Of a stretch of DNA of 64,000 nt, positions 45,201-56,899 are shown one piece after another. The notes under the pieces were generated by a model. It was not told the DNA's origin and searched no databases. It saw nothing but the letters and a program-made list of their open reading frames with translations. Source of the DNA: Podarcis melisellensis (lineage: Eukaryota); NCBI GenBank assembly GCA_964234715.1, contig OZ174275.1; one strand, given 5' to 3'. How positions within the stretch are numbered: position 1 is the stretch's first letter; the number at the start of each line of letters is the position of its first letter. A program made the translations under genes and the position numbers.

Positions 45201-48200
45201 GTGGGGGGGAAGATAAGTGTTTGGTTCTTTCCTTGACCTTAGTGAGAATCCATCACTCTCCATCGGGTGCAGAGTGGAAGAGTTTCTCGTGAGTACAAAC
45301 CTACAGCTGGGGCTACTGCCAATCAGATTACACATATGGGGTAAAAGAATCTATATAGACAGTTCTAAACTCTACCCTGGAGTAGAGATTACTCACTAGA
45401 ACAGAGGTAGCTGTTGCATGGTTGAAAAGAGCCAAGGCTTCCTTCAGCACTATTTCAGACCTAAACCACAATCAAAGAAATAGCAGCATTAGAAGGATGA
45501 AGCAATGAATGCCAAGGCCCTCATCTTCAAAGCTAGCAATACTCACCAGACACTTAAGTGTGTGCCTGGAAAAGGAACGGCAGCCAAAAACTAAGGCTGG
45601 GGCTGCACTGTGGCTCAAAAAATGTGGTTATGTTATGTAGCGGCTTCAGTGGAATCCTAAAAACCAGTAATTTCATTTTCTAAACATCAAAAAAACTTCT
45701 TGGCAGCATTGTTGCTCACTATTGGGTAGTTTCTGCTTCAGACTAAGAAACCATCAGTTCGGCACGGCTTACAGTCACCAGAAGTCTAGTCCTTAACACA
45801 GGTGCCAGCTCTCTCCTTATGTATACTCTGTGTAAATAGCTGGGAGGCTATTGCTACTGGGTCCCACTCTGGGCAAGCTGCTCCTGAGTTTAGGGCAGCT
45901 ACAGCAAACATTAAAAGAGTGAAGTGGGAGGGATGTATCTGCTTACAGAGCACAGTGAAGCACCATTGCACATCTTCCTGCAAAACATCTCTTGGACTGG
46001 CACGTTTTGCGATAGGGCATATCCCTCAAAACCAGGGTTGTGTTGGACATTTCCGGAGAACTGCAGTTTCCCCTTTTTGTCCAGTGCCTCCCCATTTTAG
46101 CACTGACTCTCCTTACTTCTTGCCAATCCACTTCTTGCCAATCTATACCACTCAAGTTAAGTCTCTGCGAGCCTTTTCCCTTGTTCCCAAGCAGTCAAGG
46201 CAAAAATATGAAAGGTGCCAAAGCAATAACACTTACTGAGGTGGGAGGATCTGTAGCTGGAGGAGCAGGAGGGAGAAGAGTCTCAGTGAGGCTTCAGCTG
46301 CCTGTACTTGTGCCACTTCAGTCAGTGGGACCTTTCAAAGAGACACGGCTCAGTCCTGAAACACTGGTCCCACAAACCATCACCTTTCCATCCCATATCC
46401 ACTCCTAAGAGAAGCTACCCAATGTTCCTCTCACAATGTTTTGCTCTAAAACCATGCTTATCTCAGTGTCCCTCCCCTGCCCATGCCAATCATGTTGGAA
46501 CGCCTCTCCTGTTTCCACACCATCCTTTCCCTGATACAGTTTCCAGTTCCTTGCTCATTAACTCTCAAACCCCAGCATCTCTGGTTAAAAAAGGATCAGG
46601 GAGTAGGTTGACGAGAAAGACCCCCTGATCGAGATCAGGGAAAGGCACTTTCAGTCAGAGTGGACAATATCAGATGGAAAAATAGTTTGACCTGGTAAGA
46701 GGCAGCTTCCTTTCTCCCCTACCCCACCTTCTTAGGGCTGAGACTTTGCATGTGCTCATGATGAGGCAGTTCTCTTTGCAGTTTCAGAATAAAAAAATAC
46801 CTTGCCTTGCAGGGCACAAATCAGGGAACTCAGTCTTTCTGGAGTTGCTAAGCGATGGCACAGAGTCAGACTGACATGGCAACAGGCATACAGGACCTGG
46901 GTGATGGAAATGCAAAGCAAGATCAGACCACCGAGGCATCATCACTTTCTTCCCAAGTGAGGAGGGAAAAGGGAATGCATTAAGGCATGTTGCCTCCAAG
47001 GATAAGATGCCCTGGGCACCAATTCCCCAACTCCCAGAGAAGCAAAAGGAACATGGGGAGACGCGTTACCTTCATCCCATTGAGAGAAGAGGCAGAGCAC
47101 TCAATTCCTGAGAGAAGACTTGGCAGCAGGTCATTATCTTTCTCAATGAGCTTCTGGGCTACTTGCTGAGAGATCTGCAATGGAAATCCCTTGCCTTCAG
47201 TGCTAACACCATTATCAGTTTCCACCACTTGAGGGAGCAATATAGCCAACCTCTCAGAAACATAAATGCCAATAAAACTCCCACCTGCTTTTTGGCCTTA
47301 TGACATGTGCTGTGCCCTCCTGGGATGCCGCAGGATGCAGCCAGAGCTCCAGTAGAGGCAACTGCCAAGTGTTCACTCCACTCTTGCACTGCCTTTGCTT
47401 CTTTGGGGAACACTGTTGGAGAGCAAACAGAATACACCAAGTAAGGTTAAATACACCAACTGGAAGTGGAACAGAAATGCCACTTACAGTAATATTATCT
47501 ATTATTGTCTACTTTTATTTGTTACTTTTTTGCTCAAAGTGGACCCAAGGCAACTTACAAGAATAATACAAATATTAAAACTAAAACAGAATAAAAACCT
47601 AAAAATGCATCCTCCATATAAAAGGGAGGTCTACTACATCCATCCTACCTTTAAACCATCAAATTAAGTAAAGAAACATTTTTGCCTGGTGCATAAAAAT
47701 AGAGATGACACTAGGCTTGCCTCTCTGGGCAGAGCATTCCATAATTAGGCAGCCACCACTGAAAAGGCCTGTTCTCATAGAATTGTAGAGTTGGAAGGGA
47801 CCCCAAGGTTCATCTAGTCCAACCCCCTGCAATACAGGAATATCAACTAAAGCATCCATGACAGATGACCATCCAACCTCTGCTTAAAAACTTCAAAGGA
47901 AGGAGAGTCCACAACCTCCCAAGAGAGATCACTCCACTGTTGAACAGCTCCTACTGTCGGAAAGTTCTTTCAGATGTTTAGTCTGGAATCAGGAGCCATT
48001 TTGCATTATCCCAAAATGCAGTCAGATGGGCACATTCTCCACAGCTTTTGTTACCTTCCTGAGCTGGCTGCTTACAGCTAGCGCCGCGGCAGAGCACATC
48101 CAGAAGGCGGTGATGCTCCTCAAGCAAGCTGGTGTAAAAGGGAATGGAGATGGATGGGCAGGCACAATCCATGCTCTCACACAAGTGGGTGAAGCACTGT

Positions 48201-51200
48201 AAGGAGAAGAGATAAGGGATGCTGTTGCAGTGAGGATAGTATAGGTCTGGGAGTTGTGGGGAACCTAGAGCAAGAGTGGGGAGACTTTTTCAACCTGAGG
48301 CCCGCATTCCCTTCTAGGCAACCTTCCAGAAGCCATATGCTATGCTGTATGTAGCCAAAGACAAAAGAGGGCACAGAAATGAATGTACTACAAATATGTT
48401 ATATATTTTGGGATGTAGGAACAATAGCTGCTCCTCATCTTTGAAAAAGTCAAACTCTGGGTTGGAGCCCATTTCTGTCCCAAGCCTCAAAACACACAGG
48501 CTCCAGGGGTAGGCAGGGAGAAGTGAACATTAAATTGAGAAGAAAACTGAATTAAATTTAATATAGTTTCCCTTAAATTAAATTTAATGAAATTAAATTG
48601 AGCATTGAACATTAAAAGGATGCTGAAGGGAGAGGGAGAGAGACTGAGACAAGATGGAGATGAGTAGACCAGGAGATAGGAGGCTTCAAAGGGACCCTTA
48701 CCATCAGGCTTTGTTCTCGCAGCCTGCTCTCTTGGTCTGTGGGCTGAACCAGCAGTGCAGGTAACAGGGCAAGGAAGCGACTGGCAGAAATGTGGAATGC
48801 CTGCAAACTAGAGAAGTATCTGTGTTTATAGGTTTGACATAGAAGCTTAGTCTTGAAACATGGCAGTGAGATCAACACAGGCACTCAGATTCCCTCTTTC
48901 TTTGGCGAGTACTGTATAATTGTGTAATGCTCAGAACCTGTATGATGGCAGGTAACTAGGGACATTATATGCCATTTCCAGTTCTCAGACTAAATACTGG
49001 CACAAGGCATCAGAGTGTGGAATGAAACTGCTTCTTTTTGGTATTTACTGTATTCATGCACACTGTGCTTTAATTTTGCCTACTCCCATACTGCCGACAA
49101 CATAGCATAATTCACCTTCATATTTCATCTGCCATGAAAGTGTCTTACCTTTGCTTCTTTCCACTCTGCTGTCGGTTGAAATCACTGGCAAAGTAGGCTG
49201 ACAGGACAGTGATTAAGTCTATCAGTAGGGTGATGTACCAGGGCTGCTGTGGGATAGAGAGAGAGGTATGTGTTCTTGGGCTGGATTCCAACTGGTTGGG
49301 TGCCCCATAGAAAGAACCAGTAATCAAGAACTACCGGAATCATCTGCCAAGGTAAGAAGAATGGGAGGAGGAGGAAACTAACAGAGTTCTGAGTAAAGTG
49401 GGCTGAATTCTATGCCAAATTTAACCTTTGTACAGATGCACAGAATCTGTAGAGGAAAGACTGTTTTCCATTACAGTGTAAACTCCATGCGGCACAAAAT
49501 TTGGGATCAAAGAATGAGGCTTTTAAATAATCTCACCAATAAATGTTTTTAGTTCCCAGAGGTATCCACATATATGTTAAACATGCTGGTATCAGCTGTG
49601 GTAAGGTCAGACACCCTGGAGGTTTCAAGCAATCAGGTGATAAAGTTACTCAGCCAAGCCCTCGGTCCCTAGTCCCTTGTCCGCCATTCATACCTCCTCT
49701 TCTTCCGAGCTGCTTATGATTCTTGTCAAAATATCCCAGATTCTGCAGAACACTCTAACAGTGCTTTTAACCTTGTGCAAGTTAAATACTTTTACATAAT
49801 GAACCTTCTTTTTAAAAAAAAATCCAAATACTATATATCCAAATACTATATCCAAATACTAAATAACAGCCTGCTATACACCTAGATGCTTTAACTCTTC
49901 AAAATGCAAGTACCCAACATGGTGTCCTCCAGTTAATGTGGTCATCATCCCTGACCATTGACCATGCTGGGAGGGAGGGAGTTGTAGTCCAAAGCATCTG
50001 GAGGGCACCACGTTGGCTACCCCCTGTTTTGGCGAATGCCTCTTCTCTACCTGCTTGATGTTGATACTCTCCAGGATACTTCCCGCTAGCTCCACAAGGA
50101 AGTGGGATAATCCTGTGTCACTGCAGAAGTTGTACAACAGCTCCGTGTCACAGCGGGTACCTAACAAGTTGCCAATAACATGGAGGGCAGGGCGAAGATG
50201 GGAAGCTCCCTCCAGCATTCCCTCCAGCACCTGTATAAGGAAAAGGGGTAAATGTACATAGGACATACAACTCTTCCCCATACAGGGCAAGAGTCATGGC
50301 AGAAACAGAGACCTTCCCCACACCAATGCCTAAAGTGCTCTAGAAACACCATACAAACTACTGATTCCACAGTCACTCTGTCTTCAACAGCATCACAGCA
50401 CACTCTTGCCATCCCAAAATTAATCCATGGGATGTTGCTCTACTAAAGAGTTAATGACATGCCCAGCTTCCTTTCTAGGATCCACACATTTTTATAAGAC
50501 CTCTATACCCTGTCATGGACGCGGGTGGCTCTGTGGGTAAAACCTCAGTGCCTAGGACTTGCTGATCGCAAGTTCGGCGGTTTGAATCCCCACGGTGGGG
50601 TGAGCTCCTGTCGTTCGGTCCCAGCTCCTGCCCACCTAGCAGTTCAAAAGCACCCCTAAGTGCAAGTAGATAAATAGGTACCGCTTTATAGCGGGAAGGT
50701 AAACGGCGTTTCCGTGTGCTGCGCTGGTGCTGGCTCGCCAGAGCAGCTTCGTCACGCTGGCCACGTGACCCGGAAGTGTCTCCAGACAGTGCTGGCTCCC
50801 GGCCTCTTGAGCGAGCTGAGCGTGCAACCCTAGAGTCGGACACGACTGGTCCGTATGGGCAGGGGTACCTTTACCTTATGCCCTGTCAATTCTTAAGCGT
50901 CTCCATCTTTCCAAGCTGTCCCTAGTCTCTATGTATGTGGCTCATCATGTACTAGCTGAAAGGCCAAAACTACCAAAGGAATTCAACAAGGAAAGAGTGT
51001 TTCCACCAGTTTCTTTCCTCTTCTCTCTGTAGGAAATCTCGCTTAGCTTCTGAAGGACATACCCAGCATACAGCAAACATAACCTGTGTGTGTGTGTGTG
51101 TTCGTGTTTAGCCCTTCCGTACAACTCACCTGCCGACCAGAATCCTTGAGTCGGGCATGGATGCGCTGCACAAAAGCAGGGTCTCCCAGAAGGCTCAGTG

Positions 51201-54200
51201 GGGCACTCAGCTGCACATGGGAAGGATCTGTGGCATCTATCAAGTGCTGCCACTCCTCATCGCTATCCAACTCCTAAGAGGCAAGAGTGAGTCAGTAAGG
51301 ACCACCACCATCAGAAAGCCAAGAAAGTACTTCCTTGCAACTATGCAAATGACTGTGGTACCTGGCCATGCACTCACCTCAGTCTCCAGATCCACAGTGT
51401 CAATGCTGCGTCTGCCTCGTGCTTCTGCTCTGCCACTTTCTGGCCTCAGCTCTGGGAATTCCCGCTCGTAATCCTGTGTGATCCGATTCTCTCTGTCCAT
51501 GAAGAAGAGGGATGAGAGGCTGAAGGCGGGCTACACAACAATGAAATGTTCTCACCCCAGCTTTGGTTTTCTCTTGTAAAGGACCCCTGGACAGTTAAGT
51601 CCAGTCAAAGGTGACTATGAAGTGCAGCACTCATCTCGCTTTCAGGCCGAGGGAGCTGGTGTTTGTCCACAGACAGCTTTCCAGGTCATGTGGCCAGCAT
51701 GAATAAATCACTTCTGGTGCAACGGGACACCGTGAAGAGTGCCAGAGAGAACAGAAATGCCATTTACCTTCCTACCGCAGTGATACCTATTTATCTACTC
51801 ACAATGGTATGCTTTTGAACTTCTAGGTTGGCAGAATCTGGGACATATATGTGTCAGCTAATTTAGTTGTTTCCAGTGTTGTCTTGGTCATTTGGTATTA
51901 CTTAGAGCAACAGTATCTCTATCTGAAAGTCCTGCAAGCTGGAACTTACGTTTCTATGTATAACTTTGTCCAGAGCTGTTTTGCTGAGCCTATGACTTCT
52001 ACAGCAGTAAAAGATCTGGACCTTACTCTGATTCTGTGTGGTGTCTGGTACTGCCAGCTTTAGATCCACACTTCCCTTGCACGTGCATCATATACCACAT
52101 TCTCAACAAAATAAACGCATTTCAACTCCTTCTTCTCACCGAGGTGTGGGGGAAGATTCCTTTTGCTCCCACTCCATTCCCTTTTCTCCAAGGCTAGGGT
52201 GCCTCTGTTCTCCAGTGCCAGGAGCTGACCGATTCACTTCTCTGGGATCTGTCTGAGCAAGGCAGGCTTTGCGTGTGTGGCTCTGGACCCCCTTGGGGGC
52301 TTCTTCCTTAAACAAAACCCTGGATTTCCCCATCTCCTGTAAGAAGTCAAGCAACACAGGATGATTCTAATGGACTGCACCCCACCATACCATAAGTCGC
52401 CTTGCCAGCAATGGTACTACCTGCCTCTCACCTTTCTCTGAGCCTCCTGGGCCATCTTCTGCCGTGCTTTCCTCAAGATCTTTGACTGGCCACTGTGAGG
52501 GGCCAGCGAGTGTGTCTGCTGCTCTTTCAGGGCCTGCAGTTCAGGAGGTAGTTTGCTGGTGAAAGGGTTGGTAATGCCTTGATCCGCTGTGTCATCAATC
52601 ACTGCAAAAGAGAAGGTCCATGTCGGTGACTGGGCTTGCTTGAATTGGGCTCTGTAAGGAAAGGCAGATGCAGGAGCCAGATGGGGGGGGGGAATTGCAA
52701 GTAAGCATGGCAGCTGGTACTCACCAGTGACCCGCCCTGCAATGAAGGGGTGATAGAGTAGCTCTGGCCAGGACAGGCGCTGCCGAGGGTCTTTCATCAA
52801 CAGGCCTTGCAAGAAGCTCTACACAGTAATGAGAGATGGTCACTTGCACGTCCTCACACTACTTATAGTCTATAACCCCAGCTGCTAATTTTACAAGGAA
52901 AACCTTGGAGTCAATGAAATTCCTTGGTCGCTGTGGGAAGAGTCTATTCAATCCATGCATACAAAAAGCACATTTTCCAGAATGTTCCCATTTTTTTCAT
53001 TTTTAAGTTTCTAGCTCTGAAGATTACTAAAAAAAAGTCTTGCAAACATGGCTGCATATTCTGCCTTAAGAAAGAAACCTGGTGGCCCCAATACCACCTA
53101 AACATGTTTGCACACAGAACTACATTCTTTGGTACAGTGTAGCAATGTGGTGTCCTTCAGACATTGTAGACAACATTACCCTAACCACTGGCCAAGCTGG
53201 CTGTGGCTGATGCAGTCAAAATCATTGGGGGGGCATCCCTGCCTTAGCAAGTACACTCTTATCCCAGTCTAATCCCCACAGGCAGTGGGGTAGGATAAGG
53301 ATTGGAGAATGCACTTAAAATCTGTATTTCTACCTTTCAGGGATACACACCAACAGTGTGAAAGAGGCCAAGTGACATGAGTGAACAAAATCTAAGGCGT
53401 TCAAGCTTCCAAGGAGAGAACAAACTCAAACCACAGATACATACAGTGTAATGCCAGAGATACAGATAGCTGAATTTGAGTCATGGGAAACCCAAAAGTA
53501 TAAGCTTCTAGAGCAAAATATATCTCTTATGGCCCTTAGGAGGGCAATCTACCTTTACAGGGCTCTTGTGTGTGGATAAAATGAGACTAAAGAAGCAAGG
53601 CATCTAAACCTGCCCTGAGATCATTGGATGGAGTGGGGAAGGCATTTAAGTATAGTTACCTTGAAGTTGGGGCTCATGTTTTTTGGCCACTTGATGGGGT
53701 CCTTGATGATCAAGCTCACCAACTGGAAGATGCTGTTGGTGTAGAAGGGTGGTGTCCCCACACACAGCTCATACAGAATGCATCCCACTGACCAGAGGTC
53801 AGCTGTGTGGTCGTAGGGTTTCTCTTCCACTAGCTCAGGCGCCATATACAGTGGAGTGCCTTTTATAGATGTCAGCACCATGGTGTGAATACTCATTGCA
53901 CGGGCAAACCTTCCCAGGAAAGAAAGAAGACAACTGAGACCTTTCAGTAATGAGACCAGAGATTGGTTGGGGAGATCAGTTCTTAACGTACCTACCCAAA
54001 GTCACAGAGCTTGATCACTCCTCCTTTCCCAAGTAGGATGTTTTGGGGTTTCATGTCACGGTGCAAGATTCGGTGGGAGTGCAGATAATAGAGCGCCGAG
54101 ACCAACTGAGAGGCAATATCTTGCACCTGAAAGAAAATGACAACCCTGATACTTTGCAAAGCCCATTTAATCCTGTAGGGATGCTCCACATCTCCAGCAC

Positions 54201-56164
54201 AAAACTTCCATTCCTTTTTGTTATCTTTGCCAATGCCCCTCAATTGTGAATCACAAGTCCTTCCCCAACACACAGAAATCTACTTGTATTATCCTAAGAC
54301 AATTAGATCTATTCTTATCCTTGCGGGCAGCAGAGAGCAAGCATTTCCACTCTTCTATGTACCCTTCAGGTATTTGAAGACTGCAATCATGTCCATCTGC
54401 TGCTAGACTTCTCTTCTCCCGATTCAACGCTAGTTCAAAACACATCTGTTCACTCAGGCATCACTTGAAGTGTGACTCCAGATGGGCTGTAACTCAGTGG
54501 TAGAGCTTTGCATACAGAAGGTCCCAGGTTCAATCCTCAGCATCTCTAGATAGGGCTGGCAATGTCCCTTGTCTAAAACACTGGAGAGTCACTGCCAGTC
54601 AAAGCAGACATAACTGAGCTAGTGGTTTGACTCAAGGCAGCTTCCTATCTTCTTATTACTAATCATGGTGAATTTTATACTGAGTTTGTAATGTTTTATG
54701 GTTTATTGTGTTTTTATATTGTACCATACACCACTTTTGATATTCCAGTTTGAGCAATATATAAACTGGTTAAAAAAATTAATAAACAAAAAAACATACA
54801 GTACCAACTTCCTTAAACCTTTCCTTGATTTAATCTGTTCTAATATCATCCTTGGTATCAAATTCAGAGGGATGGGTCTCTAGTTTCTCAGATCATCTTT
54901 TTAAAGATTGGGACTGTCTTGTAAGCACCTCAGTCACTATTCCAGGAGATGTAACAGGTTCATGTCAAAGTACACAGCTGGAGGGTTTATGGCCTAGCAT
55001 AGACTGACACCTACCCAGACTCCAGCTACTCTCCCATTCCTGGAGTCATTCATCACACTGAATCCCCACTTACTCTTTTGGTCATAGTTACCTGCTCCTC
55101 AGGCAAGTTCCCATCATCCTCAAGGATCTGAAAAAGCTCCCCTTCAGCATAATCTGTCACTACTACAACCTAAAGGAGATAAAGAAGACCAGAATGCCAA
55201 TGAGAACATTTTCAAAGGTGGGACACGTGTGTAGGGAATGACAGTATGACTAAGCTCTCTGTACTGTTTGAAGCCAACAGGAAACCACCATCAAAAGAAG
55301 AGTGTGCAGCAGCTATCAACACATTTTAATTTGATGAAGGTCCCTATGGAGAGCTCCAAACTCTAAGTGTGTTGGGACATTCTTTGGATAATGTCATTCT
55401 GCTGATAGGTCTTGGCAGGCTAATTACCTAATGCAGCCTCATGAACCAATAGGCTTGATGTGGCAATCCACACTTCTACAGACAAGATGTGTAATTTAGA
55501 TAGCTGTTACCAAAATGGCTAAATTTTAGTTCACTCCTCCTAGGTACTCATTGGAACATCTGGAGAACACCATATAACCTAAACTTCATCAAACAAAATG
55601 TAGCCGTTTTCAGGCCTTTCTGCTTCTTGGGGGACTTTCCACAGAGCCAGGAAGACACCATTTTCTTCTTCACCTCCCACACTTAAAAAGGACCCCCAGC
55701 AAGTCCCTTACCTCTTTATCAGTCTCAAAACTGTCAAGCATCTGGACAATGTTGGGATGATGAAGCCCCCTCATGATCTCAATCTCTCGCTGCAAATTCT
55801 TCAGCTCTTTCTGTGAGCGACCCACTTTAGGGATAAACTTCAAGGCCACCACCTGCCAAAAAATTATTATTTTAAAAGGCTGGAAATGTGTCATACACTA
55901 CTTTCCCCTCTTTCTGTCCCTGAAAAACTCATTGAGAAACAATGACCACTGCAGGCTCAGGAGCAGACTTCTTATATAGCAATCTTTGGAAACAAATCTC
56001 CCTAAATTAACTCTTTTGCCTGTTGATGAGGTCCATCCCCGTTCCCTTGTGCACTCTGCCCTGTTCCCTTGTGCTCTTACCTGTGCACTGTATTTGCGAC
56101 GCCCCTTGTACACTCTTCCAAAAGAGCCTTCGCCAATCATCTCCAAGACATGATACTTCTCCAT
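36945..56164 (-). CDS. STK36: Serine/threonine kinase 36 (Fused homolog), 1324 aa, 26 coding exons
   Basis: Exons in transcript order: 56081-56164 ([28 protein letters not shown]), 55712-55852 (VVALKFIPK..), 55092-55169, 53996-54126 ([11 protein letters not shown]), 53660-53909 (GTPLYMAPE..), 52725-52818, 52432-52601, 52140-52336, 51378-51492, 51130-51273, 50051-50230, 49149-49246, 48702-48807, 48055-48196, 47285-47412, 47070-47174, 46801-46896, 46237-46331, 45397-45460, 44497-44607, 44285-44359, 41482-41653, 41091-41238, 39663-39822, 38456-39199 (HEAT/ARM repeats, [12 protein letters not shown]..), 36945-37091 ([22 protein letters not shown]). All GT-AG, in phase, 3975 nt. Confidence 0.95.
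37400..37622 (+). mobile_element. CR1 LINE 3' fragment
   Basis: gactctccttccttggaagt..gaggttggatggccac..gggctagatgaccctcagg..ccctttcgactttacaattctatggttct. Confidence 0.75.
37669..37880. mobile_element. Probable PIF/Harbinger-like MITE
   Basis: Imperfect TIRs GGGTTGTATTCAGTG / CATTGGATACCACCC flanked by TTA on both sides. Confidence 0.5.
40151..40500 (+). mobile_element. Sauria SINE, full length
   Basis: gggacacgggtggtgctgtggtctaaacc head, gttcgaatccc B-box, ggggtcctttaacttt tail; degenerate TSD tgttacaccaagc / tgttataccaaagc. Confidence 0.85.
42156..42246. repeat. (AAT)n-(ATT)n inverted microsatellite
   Basis: (AAT)~17 directly abutting (ATT)n; perfect palindrome 42184-42235 centred at 42209/42210. 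Confidence 0.95.
42211..43558 (-). mobile_element. 5'-truncated L2-clade LINE with open RT/C-terminal ORF2 frame, in an STK36 intron (sense orientation)
   Basis: ORF 42318-43571 contains [40 protein letters not shown] and [20 protein letters not shown], which are L2-type motifs. Short 3'UTR with a stem-loop and an (AAT)n tail; no endonuclease domain. Confidence 0.9.
44820..45135. mobile_element. Tc1/mariner (Tigger-like) MITE, second family
   Basis: TA-CAGTGGTGCCCCGCAAG..CTTGCGAGGCACCACTG-TA; internal cgcaagacga and ccgctaa subrepeats. Confidence 0.85.
47776..47995 (-). mobile_element. CR1 LINE 3' fragment
   Basis: catagaattgtagagttggaagggacccc..tcatctagtccaaccccctgc..catccaacctctgcttaaaaac..aaggaaggagagtccac is the reverse complement of a CR1 3' end. 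Confidence 0.8.
50517..50876 (+). mobile_element. Sauria SINE, full length
   Basis: Close to the reverse complement of the 17272-17639 copy; tail ggggtacctttacct; TSD tataccctgtca (50504-50515) / tatgccctgtca (50877-50888). Confidence 0.88.
51576..51844 (-). mobile_element. Sauria SINE, older and 5'-truncated
   Basis: gtaaaggacccctggacagttaagtccagtc..atacctatttatctact..ctaggttggcag is the reverse complement of the Sauria SINE body and 3' end. Confidence 0.75.
54483..54652 (+). mobile_element. tRNA-derived SINE (Squam2-like), diverged
   Basis: gggctgtaactcagtggtagagc..cccaggttcaatcc tRNA-like head, then ctggagag..ctgccagtc..actgagctag..aaggcagcttcctat; related 3' fragments near 39910-40010 and 46630-46710. 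Confidence 0.6.
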
Positions 56165-56899
56165 GATGGGAATGTGGGGAGGGGTGGGTATTAATCTGAA
56201 AGGGCAGAGACAAGAGATTAAGCTAAACACGAACAGTAAATGAAAAATGTAAGCACAATGGCAAAGCATGTCAATTCACAATACCATTTTGCAAAGTTAT
56301 TATTATTATTTATTATATTTGTATACCTCCCTTCATCTGAAGATCCCAAGGCTGTTCACAAAATAAGCATACAAATCATGCATGTGTGGTCAAAACCAAG
56401 AATCAAAAAGAAAAAAGGGAGCGAAGCAGTCAGAAAAGGTTGGGGAAAGGGAAATAGACTCTGGCAAAGCCAATATGACATGCATATCAGGCAAACAGCT
56501 CCAAAGAGGGGTCCCAGATCTCAGAATAGTTGCGCTTTTTGCATCTCCAGGCAAAATGCATGAGATGCATGACAAGACAGCTCTCCAACCAAGGAGCTAT
56601 TGGAGGAGATATCAAGTCCTTGCAATGCTGTAAAACCATTCGCTTAGCCACCAATAAAGCATGCAAGTTCCAGGACATTAGGATATAACAGAGCCATCCA
56701 TGACCATCCAAATATTTCAGGGACAGTCTCATAACAAAATTAATTTGAGCAAGCACCTTCACCGAAAAAGAAGCCAATGCAAGTCATGTTTTTAATGCTT
56801 CCCAAGAAAAAAGTTAAGGCACCCCGGTCCAAAGTGCCCCATCAGGAGTCCATCAACACACACAGTCTTTTTAGCCATCTTCTTGCCTGCACAACTCTC

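Noticed and set aside
49694-49742. 49-nt cryptic STK36 exon (cag..gtatga)
   Set aside because: Poor polypyrimidine tract, frameshifting, and no other support
54483-54555. tRNA gene (also 24790-24860 and 23057-23107)
   Set aside because: No intact cloverleaf or acceptor stem; these are SINE heads or fragments
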